Assembly: GCA_041674805.1 (NCBI GenBank)
Contig: JBAYVA010000001.1
Coordinates: 326,612 to 390,611 of the forward strand
Length of the DNA: 64,000 nucleotides
Direction of reading: 5' to 3'
From: Candidatus Magasanikiibacteriota bacterium
GTDB lineage: Bacteria > Patescibacteriota > Patescibacteriia > Magasanikbacterales > UBA922
Within the stretch, counting starts at the first letter, position 1, and every line of letters begins with the position of its first letter. A program made the translations under genes and the position numbers. Below the pieces are notes generated by a model. The model was given only the letters and a program-made list of their open reading frames with translations, did no database searches and was not told the DNA's origin. Positions 49,340-60,866 of the stretch are shown here, piece by piece.

Positions 49340-49372
49340 AACATTCCTTTTTATTTAAGGAATGTTTTTTTA
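49340..49372. terminator. Bidirectional terminator
   Basis: AAACATTCCTT...AAGGAATGTTTTTTT. Confidence 0.7.
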
Positions 49373-49384
49373 TCAAAATCTTAA

Positions 49385-49813
49385 TTATTTCAAATATTCT
49401 TTTACACTAAGTATTGCTTTCCTGTCTTGAGGCAAAAAATTATATTCTTCCATATTATCCATATTTACCCATGCATAATTTTTATGTTCATGACTCAGCT
49501 TAACTTCTGAGACATCATCACATTCACATAAATAATAAACTCCAACAATCTGCCAATTTTCCTCTGGAAAAGGTTTTGGCATCCAATGATCCACAAAAAA
49601 TGGCTTATAGTTTTTTACTTTTAAACCAGTTTCTTCAAATACTTCACGCTCTAATCCTTCGAAAGGATGCTCTCCAAAATTCAGACGTCCACCAGGAAAT
49701 TGCCATTTACCATCATTTACATGTTCTCTGTCGCTTTTTCCTTCTTGCAAAACAAGAGTTTTACCATCATGTATAATTATCCCCTTACTGGCAACAAATA
49801 ATTTTTGTATCAT
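49385..49813 (-). CDS. NUDIX hydrolase
   Basis: WQFPGG....GE....GLEREVFEETGL. Confidence 0.9.
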   Translation of the reverse strand: MIQKLFVASKGIIIHDGKTLVLQEGKSDREHVNDGKWQFPGGRLNFGEHPFEGLEREVFEETGLKVKNYKPFFVDHWMPKPFPEENWQIVGVYYLCECDDVSEVKLSHEHKNYAWVNMDNMEEYNFLPQDRKAILSVKEYLK

Positions 49814-49817
49814 ATGT

Positions 49818-51887
<2,070 letters not shown>

Positions 51888-51952
51888 TTAATAAAATTGA
51901 GATAAAATAGAGATACGTCGAGATAAATTTAATGTGTAATTAGTACCGAATG

Positions 51953-52729
51953 TCAAAATATCAATCGTAAATACCACTCCAAAATCTGATTACCCAAAAA
52001 CATAGTAATAATAGTAGCCACAGTTAAATATGTTCCAAAAGCTACTTCTGCTTTCATTTCTTTTTTCTTACGCATTACCAAGAATATACTAATAATACCA
52101 CCAATGACATAAGCAAGCCAGAGAGCTAAAATAACTAATTTCCAACCCAATAAAATACCCATCAAAAAGCCAATTCTAATATCACCACCACCAACCCATT
52201 TACCTTTGGAAACTACAAATTGCAAAAGAAAAAAACCAGCACCAATCATCGCCCCAAGCAACATAGACAACCAACTAGAACCCAAAAACAAAGCTAAAAC
52301 AAAAAATATTACAGCGCTTCCCATTGTCATAATATCTGAGACTTCCAAATATTTCATATCATAAACAAAAATAAATACCAAGACAAACATAGCCAAACAA
52401 TCTCTCACAATAGACAAAACTGAAAAATCACCAATAAATGTATAATAATAAAAAACAAAAGAAAACAATAAACCCAAAATCAATTCGACTCTAGGATACT
52501 GACAAGAAATCTTGGTCTGACAATTACGACATTTACCACGCAAAAAAATAAAACTAAATAACGGAATATTATCATACCATTTGATATTACTTTTACAATT
52601 TGGACACATAGACCTAGTAGTCAGAGAAATATTATTTTTCAATCTCCATTCCAAAGCATTGAGAAAACTCCCAAAAACAATACCAAGTACAAACAATAAT
52701 AAAAAACCTAAAAAAGTATAAACAAACAT
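51953..52729 (-). CDS. pilD: Prepilin peptidase (A24)
   Basis: GSFLN, RSMCPNC, WYDNIP, GKCRNC, GGGD. Confidence 0.9.
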   Translation of the reverse strand: MFVYTFLGFLLLFVLGIVFGSFLNALEWRLKNNISLTTRSMCPNCKSNIKWYDNIPLFSFIFLRGKCRNCQTKISCQYPRVELILGLLFSFVFYYYTFIGDFSVLSIVRDCLAMFVLVFIFVYDMKYLEVSDIMTMGSAVIFFVLALFLGSSWLSMLLGAMIGAGFFLLQFVVSKGKWVGGGDIRIGFLMGILLGWKLVILALWLAYVIGGIISIFLVMRKKKEMKAEVAFGTYLTVATIITMFLGNQILEWYLRLIF

Positions 52730-52841
52730 AAATTAAAGATAATAAATAATCAGCACTTTTGACTAACAAATTATAACATATTTTTTCAACTTAAAAAAGT
52801 CCTTTTTCAAGGACTTTTTTAACAAGTATAATATGATAATA

Positions 52842-53300
52842 TTATTGCATCATACCTGATTCAGTAGCTGTAACAAAACCAGCATCAAAACCACCAGTAC
52901 CCAATTCTAAATCAACAGAAATAGTATAAGAATCACCATTATTTACTGAATTGTAAACATAACTTTTATCAGCATCAGGATCAGCAGGAACTAGACCCAT
53001 ATAAAGTGATGCATCAGGTGATGTACAAGTAGCTGCAAAACCACTAGAGTCTAAACATACAGAACTAGCTGTTGCACTTCCTAACACTAAGTTAGTACTT
53101 GTAGGATATGAATTTTGATCTGTGTAAAATAATTCCAAAGCAGTTTGAATTTGCTTAACATCAGAAAGACGTTTAGCATCATTAGCTTTTTGACGTGCTG
53201 AACCCAAAGCAACTACCGCTAAAGTAGACAAAACACCTATGATAGCGATAACAACCAAAAGTTCAATCAACGTAAAACCTTTTTTATTCATTTTTATCAC
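52842..53300 (-). CDS. Type IV pilin / GspG-like pilin
   Basis: KKG^FTLIELLVVIAIIG; DAKRLSD...ALELFY.D. Confidence 0.9.
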   Translation of the reverse strand: MIKMNKKGFTLIELLVVIAIIGVLSTLAVVALGSARQKANDAKRLSDVKQIQTALELFYTDQNSYPTSTNLVLGSATASSVCLDSSGFAATCTSPDASLYMGLVPADPDADKSYVYNSVNNGDSYTISVDLELGTGGFDAGFVTATESGMMQ

Positions 53301-53343
53301 CCCCTTCCACTGTTTTATATAATAAATTCATAACAACTTATTA

Positions 53344-53724
53344 CTAAATTTGTAAAATCTTTTTGACTTTTTCTACAGTTTCAGAAGGCTTAAAATGAGC
53401 CTTGATTAGATAATCTACAGCACCCAACTCAAGACCTTTTTCTACATCATCCTTTTGACCTAAATTAGTCAATAATATAACAGGTATATTTACAGTATTC
53501 TTATCTTTTTTCAAATTTTCTAAAACAGTAAAACCATCCATCTTTGGCATTAGTACATCAAGCAAAATTATATCTGGTTTTTTCTTTTTTGCCATTTCCA
53601 ATCCTTCTTGTCCATCTTTGGCCAAAATTATTTTAAATTTTTCTAATTCAAATTTAGTTTTGTAGATATTTCCTAAAAAATTATCATCTTCTACCAAAAG
53701 TACTGTTGGAACTGTATTTTTCAT
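53344..53724 (-). CDS. Single-domain response regulator
   Basis: LLVEDD, LLDVLMPKMDG, LTN, GAVDYLIK. Confidence 0.9.
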   Translation of the reverse strand: MKNTVPTVLLVEDDNFLGNIYKTKFELEKFKIILAKDGQEGLEMAKKKKPDIILLDVLMPKMDGFTVLENLKKDKNTVNIPVILLTNLGQKDDVEKGLELGAVDYLIKAHFKPSETVEKVKKILQI

Positions 53725-53802
53725 AATTTAATTATTTAACTATATACATTTAGATTATAACAAAATATAACTATAAACAACAAGTCTTCTGTGGATAATA
53801 CT

Positions 53803-54948
53803 TTAAAAATTTCTTAAAGCCAAACCAATAGAAACAGACATTCTTGGACCCAAATCATCTAACATTTTTTTTATTCCATCTTGATGTATAACTCTTGCCC
53901 AAGGATTGCCAACAAAAATTTTCATATCAAATTCTTTGGCTATATAATCTTTTATCAAAGGAAACAAACTAGAACCACCTGTCAAAATAATTTTTTCTGG
54001 TTTTTTGCCAATATTACCACTTTGTCGCAAATACAAGTCAAAACTATATTTTATTTCTTTGATAATTGGATCCAAAACTGGTAAAAAATCATCCAAACTC
54101 AATTGATTATGAATACCTGATAAACTTATTTTTATTTTTTTAGCTTCTTCTACTGAAGTACCCAAAGAAGTGGCTAAAACTTTATCAAAATCATTACCAC
54201 CAATATGCAAACTTCTATAAGTCATTGGCGTAGCATTGTCTACAATAAAAAAATTAGTACGCTCTGCTCCTACGTCCAAAACCATAGTAACCATCTTGTC
54301 TAAACCAACCAAAGATCTAGTCAAAGCAAAAGCTTCTGTTTCTAGTTCCATCAATTCAAGACCAGCTTTTTGAAAAATAATAGAATAAAAAGAAATCAAT
54401 ATTTTTGGGGCAGCTGTCACTAGCATTGTAATGTTACCATTGTTATTTTCTGTTGGAATTCTTTGGGGAATAATTTGCATTTCTTCTATAGGAAAAGGAA
54501 TCATCTTCGCTACTTCTGCTTTTATAATATTTGGGATCATTTTTTCTTCTACTTTCGGCAAATTGATAACTGTATGAAAAACTTGTGAAACAGGCAAACT
54601 AGCAGAAGAATACTTAGTATCTACTTTACTTTGTTTGACCAAAAATTTTAGCATCTCAGCATATTCATTGATACGTGTATCTTTTGATAAAATATCTTGA
54701 ATAACATTCAAATCTAATTTAGAATTATTATTTTTGACTTCTTGTAAAGGATTTACATTATCAGAAATTCTAGACAATTCTTCAATATCTTTATTTTTGA
54801 CATAAACACTACTAAGATGTACATCTAGATTTTTGTCCAAAATACCATAAGTCCAAAGTTGTGGACGACCTTTGGTATTTTTGATTTCTACCAACTTGAT
54901 ACCATGAGCACCAATATCTACACCTAAATAACTTTTTGCTTTTGACAT
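53803..54948 (-). CDS. pilM: Type IV pilus assembly protein PilM
   Basis: LGVDIG...IKLVE, VLDVGA, IILTGGSS, SIGLALR. Confidence 0.88.
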   Translation of the reverse strand: MSKAKSYLGVDIGAHGIKLVEIKNTKGRPQLWTYGILDKNLDVHLSSVYVKNKDIEELSRISDNVNPLQEVKNNNSKLDLNVIQDILSKDTRINEYAEMLKFLVKQSKVDTKYSSASLPVSQVFHTVINLPKVEEKMIPNIIKAEVAKMIPFPIEEMQIIPQRIPTENNNGNITMLVTAAPKILISFYSIIFQKAGLELMELETEAFALTRSLVGLDKMVTMVLDVGAERTNFFIVDNATPMTYRSLHIGGNDFDKVLATSLGTSVEEAKKIKISLSGIHNQLSLDDFLPVLDPIIKEIKYSFDLYLRQSGNIGKKPEKIILTGGSSLFPLIKDYIAKEFDMKIFVGNPWARVIHQDGIKKMLDDLGPRMSVSIGLALRNF

Positions 54949-55030
54949 AAAAAAATAAATTAGATATTTGTATTATATCACAAACTACTACAAACACACA
55001 ACAATCTTTACAACTAATTACTAAACAAAA

Positions 55031-55957
55031 TTAATTGGCAGACATCTGCAAACCACTTTCATCCAAATTCAAAGATATATCACCTTGCAAATCTGTACGC
55101 CAAATAGTACTAGAAGTAACAATTCTTTCCAGACGTTTCAAAACACGACGAGAAGGATGACCAAACTTATTTTCCAAACCACAAGAAACAACAGATTGTT
55201 CTGGAGTTACTACCTGCAAAAATTCTTCAATAGAAGAACTATCACTACCATGATGTCCTAATTTCAAAATATCACTATCCAATTGTTTGCCATATATTGA
55301 AAGAAGATACTTTTCTAATTCTTCTTCAGCATCACCCATAAAAAGTAAATTCTTGTCTAAATAAAACAATTTGAAAACAATCGAAGTATTATTGCCATTG
55401 GCCTCTGACTTAGTATTGGGAATATTTTTGTTTTCTTTCAAGGAATGATCCGGATAAAAAAAATGCAAAGTTGTACTAGCAATATCTACGACTTCTTCTT
55501 TGTCTACTTCTATATAATTTGCTCCTTCATTTTGCACAGCTTGCCAAAATGACAACCACATTTTATCAGAATTTTTTTCCAAACCATTATAAATAATATT
55601 TTTGATACTAAACCTTTGCAAGACTTCTTCACAACCACCATAGTGATCCAAATCTGGATGAGTAATCATCAAATAATCCAAATCTTTGTCATAATAAGGC
55701 ATCACTCTTTCCAGAGCCTCTAAAACACGTCCATCCATAGAACAATCAATCAACATTTGTTCACCATTGGGAAAATTGACAAAACTAGCATCTCCTTGTC
55801 CAATATCTAAATAAGTTACTTGCAAAGTATCTGTTATCTTTTTACTTGCCACTTCTTCTAACTTGTTATTTTCAGTTATTTTTTCTTTTTTCAAAAAAAA
55901 TAACATAAATAAAATCACACACAAAACAATAAAGACAAACCAAAATATTTTTTTCAT
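55031..55957 (-). CDS. ComEC-associated MBL-fold metallohydrolase
   Basis: LDIGQGDA, ITHPDLDHYGG, FMGDA, LKLGHHGS, NKFGHP. Confidence 0.9.
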   Translation of the reverse strand: MKKIFWFVFIVLCVILFMLFFLKKEKITENNKLEEVASKKITDTLQVTYLDIGQGDASFVNFPNGEQMLIDCSMDGRVLEALERVMPYYDKDLDYLMITHPDLDHYGGCEEVLQRFSIKNIIYNGLEKNSDKMWLSFWQAVQNEGANYIEVDKEEVVDIASTTLHFFYPDHSLKENKNIPNTKSEANGNNTSIVFKLFYLDKNLLFMGDAEEELEKYLLSIYGKQLDSDILKLGHHGSDSSSIEEFLQVVTPEQSVVSCGLENKFGHPSRRVLKRLERIVTSSTIWRTDLQGDISLNLDESGLQMSAN

Positions 55958-56035
55958 ATTTTTTAAAATATAATTTATAAAAAACAAACACCACTCATTA
56001 GTGCTGTTTGAAAAAAACTCCTACTTTCATAAATA

Positions 56036-56623
56036 TTATTTAAAACTAGCCACAAAAGTTCCTTTGGCCTTTGTCTTTGCACTACTCAAATCAAAAGTAC
56101 CACAAACTTGAGAATCATTCATCGCCAAAATTTCTGCTTGACCAGCATTCATACCCAAAAGAGCATTAGTAGCATTTGGACCAACTGGCAAATACATTTC
56201 AGCTGTTACCCAATAAGAATTACCATAACCAGAAGTTGGATCATAAATAGCTACGTCTACTGCAGAACTAGCATTACTAAACACTAGGCCAAAGACACCA
56301 ACACCATTTTCTTCACCTTTTACAGGACTATTTAAACCTGTTAATTTACTAATAGAAAAATCTTTGTTAGAAATATATATATACAATCTACCACTTTGTT
56401 TTTTTGCTTTGGCATAGACAAAAGTTGTCGCATCAAATGGTCCACCTTCCACAAAAGAAACATCTGATGAAATCAAATTTTCTATAGTTGTGATACTAGG
56501 ACAACCTACTAAATTTTCAGACACAGGCAATTCTGCACTATTGTTTTCTACTGAACTACAACCAGCACCAACAAACAAAAATATTATTAAAAATACAAAT
56601 ATTTTACTAAAATTTTTTATCAT
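56036..56623 (-). CDS. Hypothetical lipoprotein
   Basis: Lipobox VGAG-C; beta-rich. Confidence 0.65.
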   Translation of the reverse strand: MIKNFSKIFVFLIIFLFVGAGCSSVENNSAELPVSENLVGCPSITTIENLISSDVSFVEGGPFDATTFVYAKAKKQSGRLYIYISNKDFSISKLTGLNSPVKGEENGVGVFGLVFSNASSAVDVAIYDPTSGYGNSYWVTAEMYLPVGPNATNALLGMNAGQAEILAMNDSQVCGTFDLSSAKTKAKGTFVASFK

Positions 56624-56653
56624 AAAAATATTTAAAAATAAGACTTATTTAGT

Positions 56654-58162
56654 TTATCTTTTTATAATTTTCTTGTCAAATTTTTTTATATAAAAAACAA
56701 GTAACAAGTATAAAGTAATCATGAGCCACAAAGGAATAGACAAATCAATCGTCGCAAAATGCAAATTTGAAAAAAAAGTTACTACCACCACAATATACTT
56801 CATTGCAACAAAAGACAACCAAGACAACACCTCAGCCACAGGTGCAAAAATAAAACTGAAAACTAAAACAAAAAAACCACTAAACATTATCCAAGGTAAA
56901 ATCCATAAAATCAAAATATTTACCACAGGCGCGACAATAGACAAACGATTGAATTGATAAAGTATTAGTGGCAAAGTAGCTACAATCGCTGAAATAGTGG
57001 TTAATAAAGATGCTTTGATACCAAAAAATTCTGGAATTTTTTGAAATTTACGCTCCAAAATTGGTGACAAATAAACAAGACCCAAAGTAGAAATAAAAGA
57101 CAATTGAAAACCAGCATCCCAAATCAAAACATAAGGATTTTGTAAAGCCATAATAAAAGCTGTCAAAATCAACACATTGGCAATATGAGCTTTTCGACCA
57201 ATTTGTTTTGTGAGTAAAACAATAATTCCCATAATCCCCGCTCTCACTACTGAAGCACTTGCACCTGCAAAAATTACAAAAGTAATTATACCAAAAACAA
57301 TCAAATAAAAAGCTTTCTTACGTGGGATATACAAATAAGTACAAAGTGAAATCAAAATAGAAGAAACAATAGTAATATTATAACCAGAAATAGCCACAAT
57401 ATGAGTGACACCTGTCCGACTAAATAATTCATTCAATTCTCCCAGTCCACCACGATAACCATACAAAAGTCCAGCCATAAAACTAGCATAAGGTTCGTGC
57501 CAAATAATATTTATTTTACTAGCGATGCTACTTTTAAAAGCAAATATTTTGGAAAAAAACCACTTACCTTGATTGATAGCTATTCTTTCTATACTACTAG
57601 GCATACAAACCACAAAAACATCATAACGAGCCAAATATTTGTCATAACGAAAAGATTCTACTGGTTCTGGTTTTTGCAAAGTACAGGCTACTTTCAATTT
57701 GTCACCGTAATTATAACGTGGATACAAACTATGTTTTAAATACACTTTACCTTTTACTTCTGTTTTATTTATAAAAAAATTTTTATTATTTTGATCATAG
57801 ATATTTTCTACAGATAAAATATATCTTACTCCATCTAGTCTAATATCTGGTTCTGCACTTACCACAGCTTCTACTATTTTATTTTCCCCTAAATAAAATA
57901 GTAAATTATTTTGATTATTATTAGGTATAGTAACCAGATAACGCCAAATACCTAAAGAAAAAAACAAACAACACAATAAAACAAAACGCGTTTTTTTATT
58001 TTGCCAAAAAATAACTAACAAAAATAATAAAACAAAAAAAATTAGATACAAGTAAAATTTATCAAAATGCGAATCATAAATAGATTGGAAAGCAACAGAC
58101 AATAAAAAAGAAAAACAAAACATAAAAAATGTTTTGCTTTTTGAATTCAATAATTTAGACAT
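56654..58162 (-). CDS. comEC: Competence protein ComEC (OB + competence domains)
   Basis: GVTHIVAISGYN, SASVVRAGIM, DAGFQLSF. Confidence 0.92.
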   Translation of the reverse strand: MSKLLNSKSKTFFMFCFSFLLSVAFQSIYDSHFDKFYLYLIFFVLLFLLVIFWQNKKTRFVLLCCLFFSLGIWRYLVTIPNNNQNNLLFYLGENKIVEAVVSAEPDIRLDGVRYILSVENIYDQNNKNFFINKTEVKGKVYLKHSLYPRYNYGDKLKVACTLQKPEPVESFRYDKYLARYDVFVVCMPSSIERIAINQGKWFFSKIFAFKSSIASKINIIWHEPYASFMAGLLYGYRGGLGELNELFSRTGVTHIVAISGYNITIVSSILISLCTYLYIPRKKAFYLIVFGIITFVIFAGASASVVRAGIMGIIVLLTKQIGRKAHIANVLILTAFIMALQNPYVLIWDAGFQLSFISTLGLVYLSPILERKFQKIPEFFGIKASLLTTISAIVATLPLILYQFNRLSIVAPVVNILILWILPWIMFSGFFVLVFSFIFAPVAEVLSWLSFVAMKYIVVVVTFFSNLHFATIDLSIPLWLMITLYLLLVFYIKKFDKKIIKR

Positions 58163-58198
58163 AGCCCCTCTTCTATGATTTAAATTTTAATTTAATAA

Positions 58199-59626
58199 CT
58201 AAAAATCTTTGGTATAAACTTCATCTCCACTGTCTGTAATAATTTTACGATTACCCAAATTACCATTATTTTCAAGATCTTCCACAGGTAAACTAGCAAA
58301 AACTTCTAGAGGTAAATCAGATGGTGGTTCTGCCGCTTTAGTAGTTGCTTTTTGAACCAAAGGAGTTTTGACATGAGACATAGGAAAATGCCAGAGTGTG
58401 GCTAATTCTTCAATATTTAACACAAACCATTTTGAAGCATAACCAATTTTTCTTTTACGATAAGCCTTTATAAACTCAGTTTGTTTTTGTCCTTTTTTCT
58501 TTGGGTTGCGAATACCACCAGTAGAAGATTTTTCAACAATAGAATTGGAAGTCGGACTATTGAACTGATTAATAGCACCTTTGAGAGCGTTGACTCCTCT
58601 TTCTGTTTTGAATACTTCTTTTCTCGCTACATAGACACCACGCATTTTAGTTTTGAAACCAATTTTAGAAATTTTCTTTTCCATATCTTCCACCAATTTC
58701 ATCTGACCTGGAGTCAAATATTTCAATTGGTTTTTTTCACTACTACCAGAGTCAGCGTCTCCACCACTACTTCTCTCAGTACCAACTACTTGAGCATTTA
58801 TTTCTTCAAAACTTTTCCAAACTTCTTTGGTCAAAACATTGTCAGTAATAAAAGAAAATGGACCACCTTTTTTAGCACCACCACTTTCTCCAATCATTTC
58901 TTTTATTTTACTAATAGTTTTTTCTTTCCAACTATTATCAATTGGTTCTACTATAATCTGAAACCACATTTGTTCACCAGGTCCAATACGAGTAAAACTT
59001 TCCAAAAATGTTCCCATTGGATCTTTCAAAACTGTATCTTTGGAAATATTATGTTCAAATTCACGATAACTACGCAAAGGAAAAGCATAATCTTCTGACA
59101 AACTAAAATCACCAATCCAAGCGTCATATTCTTTGTTTGGAAACTGTTGTGGTACAAAATTGACATAATCCTCTACTTCTGTGATTTCTGCATCTGGATA
59201 TTGTGCATACACAGAAGCTTCTACTAAGTCACGGAATTCTTCTTCAGTCCAAACCAAAAATTGGATATAACCTTCTATACTAACAATTTCCATACTATAC
59301 CATTTTTGTTTGTAACCTTTGCGAAACTTGTCATAAAAACCAGCTTTATCAAAAGCACCCGATAGATGAGCAAACATTTGTTCTACAGCCAAAGGTGTTT
59401 GCACATTTTCTGGAGGTATATCTATAGCCAACAAAACAGATTTCCACTTATTGGTATTTTTGGTATTTTGAATATAATCAGCATAAAAATTTACCACCAC
59501 AAAAGCAAGCAACCATACAAAAAACAACCAACCAAATATAGCATAAAATTCTAATATGACTGTACCTGTAGCTTGGTTGAAAAAATCAATAATAGTGTTC
59601 AATACCAAATTTATATAGTATTCCAT
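58199..59626 (-). CDS. Conserved CPR-type hypothetical membrane protein
   Basis: P.AVEQMFA.L, YSMEIVS, EASVYAQYPDAEITEVEDY, LNIEELATLWHFP; resembles domains often found N-terminal to CPR TraD-like ATPases. Confidence 0.65.
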   Translation of the reverse strand: MEYYINLVLNTIIDFFNQATGTVILEFYAIFGWLFFVWLLAFVVVNFYADYIQNTKNTNKWKSVLLAIDIPPENVQTPLAVEQMFAHLSGAFDKAGFYDKFRKGYKQKWYSMEIVSIEGYIQFLVWTEEEFRDLVEASVYAQYPDAEITEVEDYVNFVPQQFPNKEYDAWIGDFSLSEDYAFPLRSYREFEHNISKDTVLKDPMGTFLESFTRIGPGEQMWFQIIVEPIDNSWKEKTISKIKEMIGESGGAKKGGPFSFITDNVLTKEVWKSFEEINAQVVGTERSSGGDADSGSSEKNQLKYLTPGQMKLVEDMEKKISKIGFKTKMRGVYVARKEVFKTERGVNALKGAINQFNSPTSNSIVEKSSTGGIRNPKKKGQKQTEFIKAYRKRKIGYASKWFVLNIEELATLWHFPMSHVKTPLVQKATTKAAEPPSDLPLEVFASLPVEDLENNGNLGNRKIITDSGDEVYTKDF

Positions 59627-59628
59627 AA

Positions 59629-59790
59629 TTAAACTTTCAATAATTTAAAAACTATTGGAAACAAAACTAATACTCCCAAAAATAATAAATACCAACCATT
59701 GCTTCCAGCAATATAGCCAGCAAAATAAACCAAAAACAATATAATGACAATCAAAACTGTAGTCAAAATATGTAAAAAACTATCACTCAT
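59629..59790 (-). CDS. Small 2-TM protein (53 aa)
   Basis: MSDSFLHILTTVLIVIILFLVYFAG...; its stop is 2 bp from the next start. Confidence 0.55.
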   Translation of the reverse strand: MSDSFLHILTTVLIVIILFLVYFAGYIAGSNGWYLLFLGVLVLFPIVFKLLKV

Positions 59791-59875
59791 ATTAATTAGA
59801 TTAAATATGTAAGTATTATAACACAAAACAAAAATCCCCGAAACTACGGGGATTTGAAACTGTGAACAAATGATT

Positions 59876-60862
59876 TTACTTCTTAGAAATCTTTTGCCAG
59901 AAAACCAACAAAGGACTAGCAATAAAGATAGAAGAATAAGTACCAAAAGAGATACCAATGATAAGTGCCAAAACAAAATAATGAATAGTACTACCACCAA
60001 AAAAGAATAACGCAATTAATACTAATAAAGTCGTGAAAGAAGTATTGATAGAACGAGAAATTGTCTCATTGACACCTTTGTTAACAATATTTTCAAAATC
60101 ATCATAACCATATTTGATCAAATTTTCACGAATTCTGTCAAATACGATAATAGTATCATTGACTGAATAACCCAAAATAGTAAGAAGAGCAACCACAAAA
60201 GGTATATCTACCTCTACACCCATATATTTGCCAAGAAAGGCAAAAACACCCATAGTAATAAATACATCGTGGATAAGAGCCACTACAGCGGTTACACCGT
60301 ATTTCCAAGAATGTATTGGCTTTGAAACTTTTCTAAAAGCATAAGTAATATACAAAACAATGGCAATAACTACAGCGATACCAGCTTCAAAAGTTCTACT
60401 TTTCATTTGTGAACTTACTGATGAACCAATTACTTCCAAACGTTCTTCTATCAATCTATTTTCTGGTTTTTCAGCATCAAACTTATCTTCTACTGCTACA
60501 AAATTAGGATCCTTTACAGCTTCTGGATCAATCATTACATCTACCATTATGTTTTCAAATTCAGAACGTAAATTTGCCAAAATTTCTTGATGTTCATCTT
60601 CTGAAATAAATCTCATTTTCAAAATATAAGCATTTTCACCAGTTGGTTGTACCAAAACACTACCATAAGTACCATCAGCAAATTGAGCTTGCATACTTTC
60701 CAAATCAGGTCTTTCACTAGTAAAACTTATTTCCATAAGTGAACCACCAGTAAAATCAATACCTGGTTTCAAACCAAATGTAATAACTGCAAACAAACTT
60801 ACTAGCAATAATACTCCCGAGAAAATAAAGAATATATTTCTATTTTTTACGATATTGAGCAT
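59876..60862 (-). CDS. secF: Protein translocase subunit SecF
   Basis: GIDFTGG, HDVFIT, GYSVNDTIIVFDRIRE, RSINTS, GTYSSIFIA. Confidence 0.96.
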   Translation of the reverse strand: MLNIVKNRNIFFIFSGVLLLVSLFAVITFGLKPGIDFTGGSLMEISFTSERPDLESMQAQFADGTYGSVLVQPTGENAYILKMRFISEDEHQEILANLRSEFENIMVDVMIDPEAVKDPNFVAVEDKFDAEKPENRLIEERLEVIGSSVSSQMKSRTFEAGIAVVIAIVLYITYAFRKVSKPIHSWKYGVTAVVALIHDVFITMGVFAFLGKYMGVEVDIPFVVALLTILGYSVNDTIIVFDRIRENLIKYGYDDFENIVNKGVNETISRSINTSFTTLLVLIALFFFGGSTIHYFVLALIIGISFGTYSSIFIASPLLVFWQKISKK

Positions 60863-60866
60863 ATTT

